Source of the DNA: Diplonema japonicum
Lineage: Eukaryota; Protista; Euglenozoa: Diplonemea
Assembly (NCBI GenBank): GCA_964019335.1
Contig: OZ025682.1
Location: 310,001 to 374,000, forward strand
DNA: 64,000 nt
Direction: 5' to 3'
Below, one piece after another: positions 11,161 to 20,882 of this stretch. A program made the position numbers and the translations under genes. Within the stretch, counting starts at the first letter, position 1. The number at the start of each line of letters is the position of its first letter. The notes beneath the pieces are model-generated. The model was not told where the DNA came from. It saw only the letters and a list, made by a program, of their open reading frames with translations, and did no database searches.

Positions 11161-12407
11161 ATGTTGGCCGTCCAATCACTACCTAGTCACCACGACTTGT
11201 TGCAACTGCCTCCCACGGTGCAGCAAGGCAAGGTTCTTACAGATGTGACAACAAACACAACGATCAAGCTCCCAGCAACGGCTGTCTACAACAAAGAGAA
11301 GTGCATCTGGCAGGAAACAGACCTGCACCGTTTGACCCAACGGCAAAAACAAATTAACTTCGGAAAAGTCACCGTGGGGCACAGGAACTACGTAACCGCG
11401 GTGTCGGCAGAGATGCGACAGGGAGGCAACGACCTCCACCCCTTGACACCAAGGGTTGACCAAGTTTGCTCAAAAAGATCGTGGGACGCTCAGGTCGGAC
11501 AATGGAGAAGACTGCTCCACGCATGGGACAACGGACCAAGCAGGGAACTCGTTTCACAAAAATCCATAGACGAGCTAACCGTTCAGGCAGTTAGAATGCA
11601 ACAGCACAGCCAAGAGAGGAATCATTTTCGATACGACACCGATCTGCACAGGGAACACCCCGTTGCCTCGACATACGGTGCTTGCAATGTCGAAATAGGT
11701 AAAACAGACAGAGCGGGAAATGGTTCTGCAGGCACACTGCAACCGTTGAGCATTAAATGCCTTGTTGTGGGAGACGAGACGAAACACCACAAGCTTGTCG
11801 TGAGCCCCAGAAACATCCCTTTCACACCGTTTAAAAAACTTCTCGAGGACAAGATCAAGTCGTTCATCACAAAGATCTTCTACACGGACGAGGACGGTGA
11901 TGGTGTGGTAGCGGAGGATGACTGCTCTCTGAAATCTTTTCTCGACGGGGCTGGTGAGGTGCACTCTGCTAAACTATACCTTGAACTCGATACTTCCCCG
12001 TCTGCCTTGTATGGGCATGGGGTACTACCTCGCGATGTTGCGGCAGCTTTGGCGGTCATTAGTGGTTCGTACAATCTCACAGCGTCCCAATGTGCGGAGC
12101 TTACGTGTGACGCGTACCGTGGGATCGCTCAGTTTTCAACTGAGATGCCCCCGTTGCTCACACCACCTCCCTCCTGTAAGGTCACGTCGGTGAGGAAGCG
12201 GAAAAATCACGAGGAGGATTTTTCGGCTGCCACCCCGAACTATGATTATTGCATGCCTTCGATCGTGTTGTCGCCCACAAAACTCTTGGGGCTCGGCCCC
12301 GACAAGACACCCTCTCCGATGAAGAATCAGGTACTTGGGAAGGGGAAAAAAAAATTTTTTTTTTAAAAAAATTACAGTTTTCCTTGCTTATCAGTAGGTT
12401 AGAGTAA
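11161..12407 (+). CDS. Histone stem-loop-binding (SLBP) RNA-binding domain + PB1 domain protein; exons 11161-12330, 12378-12407
   Basis: ETD.HRL.QRQKQINFGK.TVG..NY...HP.TP....CSKRSWDAQV.QWRR.LH.WD is the SLBP RBD. IFYTDEDGD.V....D is the PB1 OPCA motif. Intron 12331-12377. Confidence 0.85.
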
Positions 12408-12484
12408 AAAAAAAAAAAAAAATGATGGAAAAAAAATTTTTGAATTTTTTTTGAATAGATTCTCTTTTTTTTTTTTTTTTTTTT

Positions 12485-12518
12485 TTTAGGCGTCCTGCCA
12501 CATACCGCAGGTACCCTT
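12485..12518. repeat. Dispersed short repeat family A, copy 2
   Basis: ggcgtcctgccacataccgcaggtaccctt, similar to 3144-3179. Confidence 0.7.
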
Positions 12519-13496
12519 AAATGTCTCTTTTTTTTTTTTTTTTTTTATTGATTTAGATTTTATTCCGCTTATCGACAAGAAAAAAGAAAAAAAAATGTTT
12601 CATACCCTTTTATCCCCCTCCCCCCCCTTTTTTCTTTTTTTAGATAAATCAATAACGAATTAGACGTTACAAAGGTTTGGCTCGAACGAGTTCTTTTTTT
12701 CCCCCTCTCTTTTTTTTTTTCTCCTACTCCTTTCTTGTCAGGAAAGAAATGAGGAGGAAAAAATAGAGGGGGAAGGGAGTTGTCGTCTGTGGGACTCGGA
12801 AGCAAAAAAAAAAAAAAAAAAAAAAAAGTAGAAAACAATAGAATTAGACCCATAGATAAATGAAACAGGACTTTTGAGAGTGAGAAAGTAGGGGGAAAAA
12901 AAAAGAAAAATAATTTCTGTTCACCCTTATGCTAGTCGGGTAACGTGCACACAACATTGAAATAGAACTTACTCATCACTCCCCCCATTGGTGTCGTGAC
13001 ATCAAAAGAAATAAGGGGGGGATTTTTTGGTTTCCATAAAAAAAAAAAAAAAAAGCATAGCATCTGTTTATCCTAGAAAATGATAGAGTTTCCTAGTCTA
13101 GGCAATACCACCCCCCACTGCGCCCCTCTTTTTTTTGTGTTAATGAATGAGGAGAGATTCCCTCCTTCCCCCTTTCTCTCTCTCTCTCCCCCTCTCTCCT
13201 TGATGGGGGTTTCTTTTCCTTTTTGTTGAACGCCCTACACCTATCGACAAGCAAAGTTCCCGTTCTGTGGATCGAAGGGGCTTGCTGCCCCAAAGGAACC
13301 GGAGGGCTCTCGCAACACTGCCGGTGAGTGCAAAAAAGAAAAAAAGAAAAGAAAAAGAATAGTCCCCCTCCCAATTACCGTCCAACTTTTTTTTTTTTCC
13401 CTAACTCCTTTTTTTTCTAGATTTTTTTATTTTTTTAAAATTCCTCCAACCCCCCCCCCCCCCCCCACCCAAATTCAGGGAAAGAAAACCCTCCCT

Positions 13497-16400
13497 ATGC
13501 TAAGCCGTGCTATGCTGAGCCGTAGTACATGTGTAGGCAGGGCATCCACCCGCAGAATAAAAACCACACCTTTTACACAGAATTTTCACTCTTATTCTTT
13601 TCAAAAAGCCCCGGAGAATATGTTCGATCCTTCTGGTTTGTCAGTCCGTGGCATGGAGGAAGAGCATGTCACTGACATAGGTCTGGGAGTAACCCTGGGA
13701 AACGGAAACGAAGCTGACTCTGCTGTCGAACAAGGGATCGTCAAGTACGTGGACCTTTCCAGCACCGACGTGGAGGCCTTGCTGAAGAGGGTCGAGACGA
13801 AGGATGAGGACAAGAAAAAAGCACCACTCGTAGAAGAATTCCGTCCTGTTAAAAAGACGAAAATCGAAGTTCCTGGCGACGTTCCTGTCGGGGGAGATCT
13901 CATCACCCCGCTTTCGAACAGTGATGGCCCTCTAGCCGTTCTCCGCACCACACCCGCTAATGAAACGAAAGACTTCACTCTCCCGCTGCTCACCGTGTCC
14001 TTTTCGCACCCCATTGTTGACATAACCTCCTTGAACACTGTCTTCACCTCAGAGAACATTGCACTGGAGCCCGCTTGCGAAGGAGAGTTCCGGTTCCTCG
14101 GGACACAGGTTTTGCAGTTCAAGCCGTCGTACCGCTTCAAGTACTCGACGGAGTACCGTCTCACAGTGCGAAAAGGCTTTTCCAGTGTGACGGGGTGTAC
14201 CCTACCGGAGTCGGTCTCCGTTACCTTCACAACACCAACACTGAAGTGTGTTGATTTCCGTTGTGTGAAGAGAAAGGGGAAGCCTTTGGTTCGTGTTGCA
14301 TTTGACCAGGAGGTGAAGCCCGACATTGTGAAGCACATGGACGCCATGACATATGTCGACAACGAGCAGCTCCGTGGCATCGTGGCTACTGACGCGCAGT
14401 TTACACGCCTCCCCGACTGGCACAGGGACAGCGTCCTCGAGAACCTGAACGATGCCACCACTGTCTGGGTGACCCCCGTTGCTCTCGAGGATAAGCATCG
14501 TGAGATCGTCCTCAAGCAGGGCGCTCTATCCACAGAAGGCGCACTTCCCACCCCCGAGCCCCTTAACCTTGGTGTGATGTCAACCGTTCCCCCACTTGAA
14601 ATCTCCAACCACCATGATGGTGAGAACAACATTGGACGCCCTATCACCATTTCCTTCACCAACACCCTTCACGTCCCCGTTCTTGACGCTGCGAAGATTA
14701 TTGTTGAGCCTGCCATCCCGAACATGGAGGTGACCGCCGAGGGGAACACCGTCACGCTGATCGGCAAGAAGAAGGGGGGTACCACTTACAAGGTGAAGAT
14801 CCTCGCGGGTGGTCTTGAGGATGTGTATTGTCAGCAGAATAAAAACCTGGAGCACACTGTCAAGATTGAGAAGCCGCAGCCGCTCATGCAGTGCCTCGTA
14901 GGCCACCACGACGCCGTGGTTGTCCCCTTCAGTGATGAACACGTGAACCACGTGTCGACGGTTCCCTTCGTTGGGTACAATGTAGGGCGGTACGCGCTGT
15001 CGTACGCGGCTGTGAACTGTGAAAAGATCTCGTACACTGCTTGGGTCGTTGACCCTTCGCAATACCCGTCCTTCAGCAAGAGGCACGCCACCTCTCGTTC
15101 CGGAGGGAGACAGGAAGAGGAAGCATATTTGAAGGCGTGGGCTGAGAGCTGTGGGCTCTCCCCTGCTCACAACGGTGAACTGGACCTGTCTGGTCAGGAA
15201 GAGGATACTCCCTACCAGATAAACATCAATTTCGCACAGTTCTTGAAGGAAGGGCAGGGCCACGTTGTAATCCTCATGAAAGAGGAAGGGAAACGGGAGA
15301 ACAAGCTGCAGATTGCAACATGGGTGCAAGCGACCTCGTTGGGGTGCACCACCTTCTCGGCTAATGGCGATTGCTTTGCGAGTGTGACGGACCTGACAAC
15401 AGGTGCCAGCGTGCAGGGCGCCACCATCGAGGAGGTGAAGGGAACCACAGACGCCAACGGGATCGTAATGCTGCCCGAAAACATGAATTTTAACCCTCTC
15501 ATCGTGAGACACGGAGAGCACTCTAGCTTCATATCCAGGGTGCATACCAATTCGCGTAACCATTTCTCGAACAACCCCAGCTACGTGTTCACCGACAGGG
15601 GCCTCTACAAGCCTGGTGAGGTGGTCCACATCAAGGGCGTGCAAAGAACAAGGGTGATCAAGGATAACTTCTGGGTCATCAACACCCCTGAAGAGAGCAC
15701 CTGTACGTGGAAGTGCTTCGTTGGAGGCAAGGAAATAAAGGGGTCGGTGGTCTCTGGGAAGCATGGGAGCTTTGACTTCAGCATCCCTCTCGCTGAGGAC
15801 ATCACTCTGGGGCGGGCCATGGTGCAGATCTTCTCCGCAGACTCGAAGAGGCTTTGCAACGTGTCATTTGAGGTTCAAGAGTTCAGGACACCCGAGTACG
15901 AGGTGAGCTGCAACGTGCTGAGCGGTGAAAATGGTGAAGTTGTGGGGGGGTCCTCTGTGGCGGAAGTGACTGCAAAATACCTGTCAGGGGGTGCGATCTC
16001 TGCAACCAATGTGGATTGGGAAGTGCAAAGGGCGAGTACTACTTTCACGCCCCCGCGGCACCACGACTACGTTTTCCAGTCGCGACCCGACTTTTTCGGG
16101 AGGGATGCCTTCAACGGAACGACAGGTGCCAAGAACTTCCAAACATCGACCAACGCTAATGGCAGCAGCAGGTTATTGATCGAGCACAAGACAACCTCAA
16201 AGCACGACGGGATGCCGTACATTGTATCGGTCAACGCCTCTGTCCAGGACGTGAACAGGCAACATATGGAGGCCTCGACATCTTTCGTCCTGCACCCAGC
16301 CAGCACCTATGTCGGTTTGAAACTGTCGCAGACTGCAAAAACCGACAAGGACGTGAAGATAGACTTCTGCACCTGCACCATTGCAGGAAAGCCCATTGAG

Positions 16401-19400
16401 GGGAATGTGGTGGTCTTCAAAGTGACGCGAGAGGACACGGTGGTGAAGGACTTCAAGGAAGTGAAGGTGAATCAGGATGTTAGTTCCCACGAACACAGTG
16501 CGGACGGCACAGGAAAGGCAAGCTTTGTCGTTAGGTTCGAAAAAGCAGGACGCCACACCATCACCGCCACCGTGACAGACGAGACAGGCCGGACATCGGT
16601 GAGCAGGGCAACCATCTGGGTCAACGGTGTCGTCAAAGGCGTTCCCGATAGCAAAGCCAAAGGGCGGAACAGACACATGAACATCGACCTGATCGCCGAC
16701 AAGACCTCTTACGGGCCCTCTGACGTGGCAAAGGTCAGCATTGTGTCTCCCTACGACGTGCCCCTCACTGGGTGGGTCATGTGGCTGGCGCAAGGGATTG
16801 TAAAGAAAGAACAGATTGCCATTGAAGCGAATGGGTCGCAAGAGGTGACATACCAACTCAGCAAAGCGTGCATGCCTGGCATCAGATGTGATGTGAAGCT
16901 GTGCAAGGGTGGAAGCTCACCCAGCAGCATCCACGGCAGCACCCAAATTACGGTCGACACCAATGAGGCGAAGCTTGACGTGCAGCTGGATGCGCCCGAG
17001 ACCGCCCAACCGGGCGACGACATCAGTGTGAACGTGAAAACAGGTGTCAAAGACTCGGAGGTCACGCTTTACATCGTGGATGAGGCCATCCTTAGCTTGG
17101 CAGGCTACTCACAGCAGGACCCCGTGTCTGCCTTCTACCCTATGTACTACGGAAACCTCAGTACGACCGACACAAGGGACCAGATCATGGATGTTAACTG
17201 GGACAGAGTTCACTTCCTCAATATGATCGAACATGCTGAATGCATGAGGATGATGCCCATGGCCTGTGGTTTTGGTGGTTATGCTGCTCAAGAATCATGC
17301 AGGATGATGAAGAATGCAGCTTTCGAGGGAGCAGGCGCCGCCGAGGAAGCAGCTCCATCCGTGGCCCTCCGAACTAACTTCTCGCCTTTGGCGGCATTTG
17401 AAGCAACGCTTCTCACGGATGCCAACGGGGAGGTGACGTGCAAAGCCAAGCTTCCAGACAACCTGACCAGGTACAGGGTTATGTGCTTCGCGCAGAACTC
17501 CACAACACAGCAGTTCGGAACTAGTGATGCCTCGCTGCAGGTAAGCCTCCCCCTGATGGTCAGACCTTCTTTCCCGAGGTTTCTGATGACTGGTGATAAA
17601 TGTGCCTTCACCGTCGTGCTACAGAGCAACATTCAGCAGGATGAAGAAGTACAGGTGGCTTGCAGGTCGCTCAACCTGAAACACGAGGGGCCCAAGGGGT
17701 TCAAGGTCTTCCTGGCTGCGGGAAAAAGGACTGAAGTGAGGTTCGATGTGAGCACTGACATGCCTGGCAAGGCGGTGTTTGAGGTTGTCGCTGCAGGGAA
17801 GAAGGGTGCCGATGCTGCACAAAAGGAGCTGCCGGTGTATACGTCCGGTGTGCGCACCTTCGCCACCCACGGGTCTGTGTTGAAACAAAAGGAGATTGTC
17901 GTGCAGAAGGTGACGACGCCCTCGGATGCCCTCCTGTCTTACGGCGGGCTGCGCTTCACGATGTCAGCAACAGTCGCTGGCCAGCTACAGGATGCAGTCG
18001 ACTACCTCGTCACCTGCAGGTACTCCTACGTGGAGTCGTTAGCCAGCAAACTCATTGCACTGTGTTGCTTGAAGCAAGTCCTCCCCCCCGTGGACCTCAC
18101 ACTCGATGTAGACAAGTTAGCGGTGGAGGTTCTTAAGCACCTTGAGAAGGCTCAGATGGCGCAGGGCTCTTTCGGGCACTTCGAAGGGGCGTGGGAGCCT
18201 CATGCTTGGGTGACTATCCACACCGCCCACGCATTGGTGCTTGCTAGGGACTGTTTCCCCGTGAAGGCGACAATGGTAGAAAATGCTTTGAGTTCGATTA
18301 CAGCAGAGTCGTTGTACGTGAACGAGGCTCGTTTCAATGATGACAAGAGCTACTACAGGGAGCTGAAGGCCAGGGCGTGCTACGTGTTGGCTAAGGGTGG
18401 CGATGCAAGGGGCAGCGAGGAAGCGTTGAAGCACGCGATGGAGGGCTTCGACAAGCTGAGCATAACCGCTGTTGCAAAACTGGCAACAGCAAACGCCGGC
18501 GTCCGAGGGAAATGCCTCCCAATCATCACAAAGAACATCGAGGAAGGCTCCGACAAGGCACACGTGATGGAGAGGGTGACAGACAACAGGGAAGAGAAGA
18601 AGGTGTTGATGAACACATCGGCAACGACAAATGCAGCAGTGCTGGAAGCATTAATAGCGTCGAAGGGCAACGAAACAGCGATCGTAAAACTCTGCAAAGG
18701 TCTTATGGCGAACAGGGTGGAAGGGAAGTGGTGCAGTTCGCACCAAACAGCAGAGGCTCTGGTCGCAGTGTGCTCATACTGCAAAACGTTCGAAGGGACG
18801 ACCCCGAACTACACCTCAGCAGCATGGGTAGGGAGCGTGTGCGTTGCAGACACGGCATTCGAAAACAAGACAACACCGTTCAGTACACTAGTACCAATGA
18901 AAACCGTGGCTGAGAACAAGGAAGGCACCGTAACCATCCAGAAAGAAGGCGAGGGTGCCATGTACTACAGCATGAGACTAGACTATGGGAGCCTCACTCC
19001 AATGGACTCCTTGGAGAGAGGCATTACAGTGGTGACAGAGATGAAGGGAAAGAATGTTGAGCCAACAGCGAACGGTTACAAAATCGCACTGGGCAGTGCT
19101 GTGACCGTGAGGCACATCATTTCTGTGGAACAGGCCAGGGACAACGTTGTGATCTACGGGGCACTTCCTGCAGGTTTGGAGAACGCTGCCCTTGTGAAGC
19201 GGGATATGGTCAGCCTGTTTGGAGCGGCAAAACGCCGCTGCTTGCCGTCACCCGTATCCCATTGGGACCATGTCAACCTTCGTGACGCTTCTGTTGAGGC
19301 TTTTGTGGGCCGCCTCCCCCCTGGGACGAGTGTCCTTGCCTATACTGTTACGGCCACTTCTCCTGGGACCTTCAAGCTCCCTCCTACTATTGCTGAGGAG

Positions 19401-19457
19401 CTTTACACCCCAGATGTCCGCGGATCTACAAGCGAAATGATAGTAGTGGTGGCGTGA
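13497..19457 (+). CDS. Bacterial-type alpha-2-macroglobulin (Ig-like + MG domains), no canonical thioester
   Basis: FTDRGLYKPGEVVHIKG, FEVQEFRTPEYEV, VDEAILSL, LRTNF, KLPDNLTRYRV, PLMVRP.FPRFL..GD, W.S.HQTA and ATSPGTFKLPPT.AEELY.P match the bacterial A2M order. Uninterrupted 1986-aa ORF; the true start could be downstream (13620). Confidence 0.88.
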   Translation: MLSRAMLSRSTCVGRASTRRIKTTPFTQNFHSYSFQKAPENMFDPSGLSVRGMEEEHVTDIGLGVTLGNGNEADSAVEQGIVKYVDLSSTDVEALLKRVETKDEDKKKAPLVEEFRPVKKTKIEVPGDVPVGGDLITPLSNSDGPLAVLRTTPANETKDFTLPLLTVSFSHPIVDITSLNTVFTSENIALEPACEGEFRFLGTQVLQFKPSYRFKYSTEYRLTVRKGFSSVTGCTLPESVSVTFTTPTLKCVDFRCVKRKGKPLVRVAFDQEVKPDIVKHMDAMTYVDNEQLRGIVATDAQFTRLPDWHRDSVLENLNDATTVWVTPVALEDKHREIVLKQGALSTEGALPTPEPLNLGVMSTVPPLEISNHHDGENNIGRPITISFTNTLHVPVLDAAKIIVEPAIPNMEVTAEGNTVTLIGKKKGGTTYKVKILAGGLEDVYCQQNKNLEHTVKIEKPQPLMQCLVGHHDAVVVPFSDEHVNHVSTVPFVGYNVGRYALSYAAVNCEKISYTAWVVDPSQYPSFSKRHATSRSGGRQEEEAYLKAWAESCGLSPAHNGELDLSGQEEDTPYQININFAQFLKEGQGHVVILMKEEGKRENKLQIATWVQATSLGCTTFSANGDCFASVTDLTTGASVQGATIEEVKGTTDANGIVMLPENMNFNPLIVRHGEHSSFISRVHTNSRNHFSNNPSYVFTDRGLYKPGEVVHIKGVQRTRVIKDNFWVINTPEESTCTWKCFVGGKEIKGSVVSGKHGSFDFSIPLAEDITLGRAMVQIFSADSKRLCNVSFEVQEFRTPEYEVSCNVLSGENGEVVGGSSVAEVTAKYLSGGAISATNVDWEVQRASTTFTPPRHHDYVFQSRPDFFGRDAFNGTTGAKNFQTSTNANGSSRLLIEHKTTSKHDGMPYIVSVNASVQDVNRQHMEASTSFVLHPASTYVGLKLSQTAKTDKDVKIDFCTCTIAGKPIEGNVVVFKVTREDTVVKDFKEVKVNQDVSSHEHSADGTGKASFVVRFEKAGRHTITATVTDETGRTSVSRATIWVNGVVKGVPDSKAKGRNRHMNIDLIADKTSYGPSDVAKVSIVSPYDVPLTGWVMWLAQGIVKKEQIAIEANGSQEVTYQLSKACMPGIRCDVKLCKGGSSPSSIHGSTQITVDTNEAKLDVQLDAPETAQPGDDISVNVKTGVKDSEVTLYIVDEAILSLAGYSQQDPVSAFYPMYYGNLSTTDTRDQIMDVNWDRVHFLNMIEHAECMRMMPMACGFGGYAAQESCRMMKNAAFEGAGAAEEAAPSVALRTNFSPLAAFEATLLTDANGEVTCKAKLPDNLTRYRVMCFAQNSTTQQFGTSDASLQVSLPLMVRPSFPRFLMTGDKCAFTVVLQSNIQQDEEVQVACRSLNLKHEGPKGFKVFLAAGKRTEVRFDVSTDMPGKAVFEVVAAGKKGADAAQKELPVYTSGVRTFATHGSVLKQKEIVVQKVTTPSDALLSYGGLRFTMSATVAGQLQDAVDYLVTCRYSYVESLASKLIALCCLKQVLPPVDLTLDVDKLAVEVLKHLEKAQMAQGSFGHFEGAWEPHAWVTIHTAHALVLARDCFPVKATMVENALSSITAESLYVNEARFNDDKSYYRELKARACYVLAKGGDARGSEEALKHAMEGFDKLSITAVAKLATANAGVRGKCLPIITKNIEEGSDKAHVMERVTDNREEKKVLMNTSATTNAAVLEALIASKGNETAIVKLCKGLMANRVEGKWCSSHQTAEALVAVCSYCKTFEGTTPNYTSAAWVGSVCVADTAFENKTTPFSTLVPMKTVAENKEGTVTIQKEGEGAMYYSMRLDYGSLTPMDSLERGITVVTEMKGKNVEPTANGYKIALGSAVTVRHIISVEQARDNVVIYGALPAGLENAALVKRDMVSLFGAAKRRCLPSPVSHWDHVNLRDASVEAFVGRLPPGTSVLAYTVTATSPGTFKLPPTIAEELYTPDVRGSTSEMIVVVA

Positions 19458-19558
19458 AAGAAAATAGAGGGGGAAAAAAAAAAAAGAAAAAAAAAAAACG
19501 AAAGAGAGTTTTTTGTTGGTGTTTTATTGACCTTGTGTGAATTACCCTTACCTAATGT

Positions 19559-19560
<2 letters not shown>

Positions 19561-19615
<55 letters not shown>
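19561..19615. repeat. Long poly(T) tract (~55 nt)
   Basis: Directly visible; the longest of many intergenic homopolymers. Confidence 0.9.
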
Positions 19616-19616
<1 letters not shown>

Positions 19617-20882
19617 TTACAAACATTTTATCTTTTCAAAAAAATGATTTTATAGCTATATGCAACTTGTGCCGAGCAAAAAGATTTTCGCTAAGAACCT
19701 TTTTTTGCTCGTGCGAACAACAAAGACATATAGTCATAAAGGATTATTTTTTTTCTTTCTTTACATACGTATCTCCAAATGAGGAAAGGAAAACAAAAGA
19801 AAAGAAAAAAACGATTTTTTTTTGTTCTTCCATTTTCCTTTTTTTTTTCCTTTTTTTTTTGGTCTTCCCCCCGTTCTTTTAGCTATCCAGAACAGTGATT
19901 CCCCCCCCCCCCCCCCCCCACTCTGCCCTGTTTCTTTCTTTTGATAACACAATAGCGTCGCGCACAGCGACATTGCTGTCATCCCTATAACACGTAGGAG
20001 TGAAAGAGAGAACAAGCGGGGAAAAAAAAAAAAAAACCCCTCTGAAATATTGGAACAAAAAGAACAAAGCGAAAAAAAAAAAAAAAAAAAAATCGCCGCC
20101 CTTGTTACTCCCTCCCTTTTTCTTTTCTTCTTTTTTTTTCAGGGTAGTCCTCGAGTGGGATTTGCCCTTAAACATCGCCTTTTTTCTTTCCCCCCCCCCC
20201 CCACCAGCTTAGCTGAGTGGCACTGTGTCTGCTTGATAAGAATATCGAAGAGAAAGAACAAAAAAAGAAAGAAAGAAGGAAAGAGAAGAAAAAAAAAAAA
20301 GGGTGTGGAATTTTTGTGTAGCTTATATGAGCTCGCCCTCGGGAGGAAACGTTCGTGACCATCGATTTCGCTCTCCAACACTGTTGTGTTTTGATAGTTT
20401 AGCTCAAAACATCTTTGTTCTTTGTCGGCCTGCGCAAAAAGAACCGGATGATTCTCTTGAGCAGGGGTCATATTTGTGGATGTATTTTCCACCTGAATAA
20501 GTTCATATTTCTATATACTCAGTGCGCGGTGCTTCCTTTTATTTTTTATTTATTTATTTATTTTTTTCCCCCAAGGGGCGTCACACAACGACCTCCTTTT
20601 TAACACTTTTTTTTTTCTTTTTTTCTCTTTTTTCTTTTTTCTTCTTTTTTCCTTTTTCGAAAGTCGATGTAACATTTGTTCGGCTCCAACACCGCACACA
20701 CGGCTAACTAACAATTCGCTATCTTTTTTTTTTTTTTTTTTTTTAAATTTTTTTTTCTTCCAAGGGCGCCCCACACATATGGGATGTGTCCATGGATTTA
20801 AATCGCACATTTCCCCCTCTGATTCCCACCCACCCCGAGGTCGACCTGCTTACGCTTTAAGGAAAAAAGGGGGAAACGAAAA

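Noticed and set aside
13601-15764. Long minus-strand ORFs (354 and 394 aa) and similar antisense ORFs under the myosin and cathepsin genes
   Set aside because: Antisense shadows of GC3-rich + strand genes, with no motifs.
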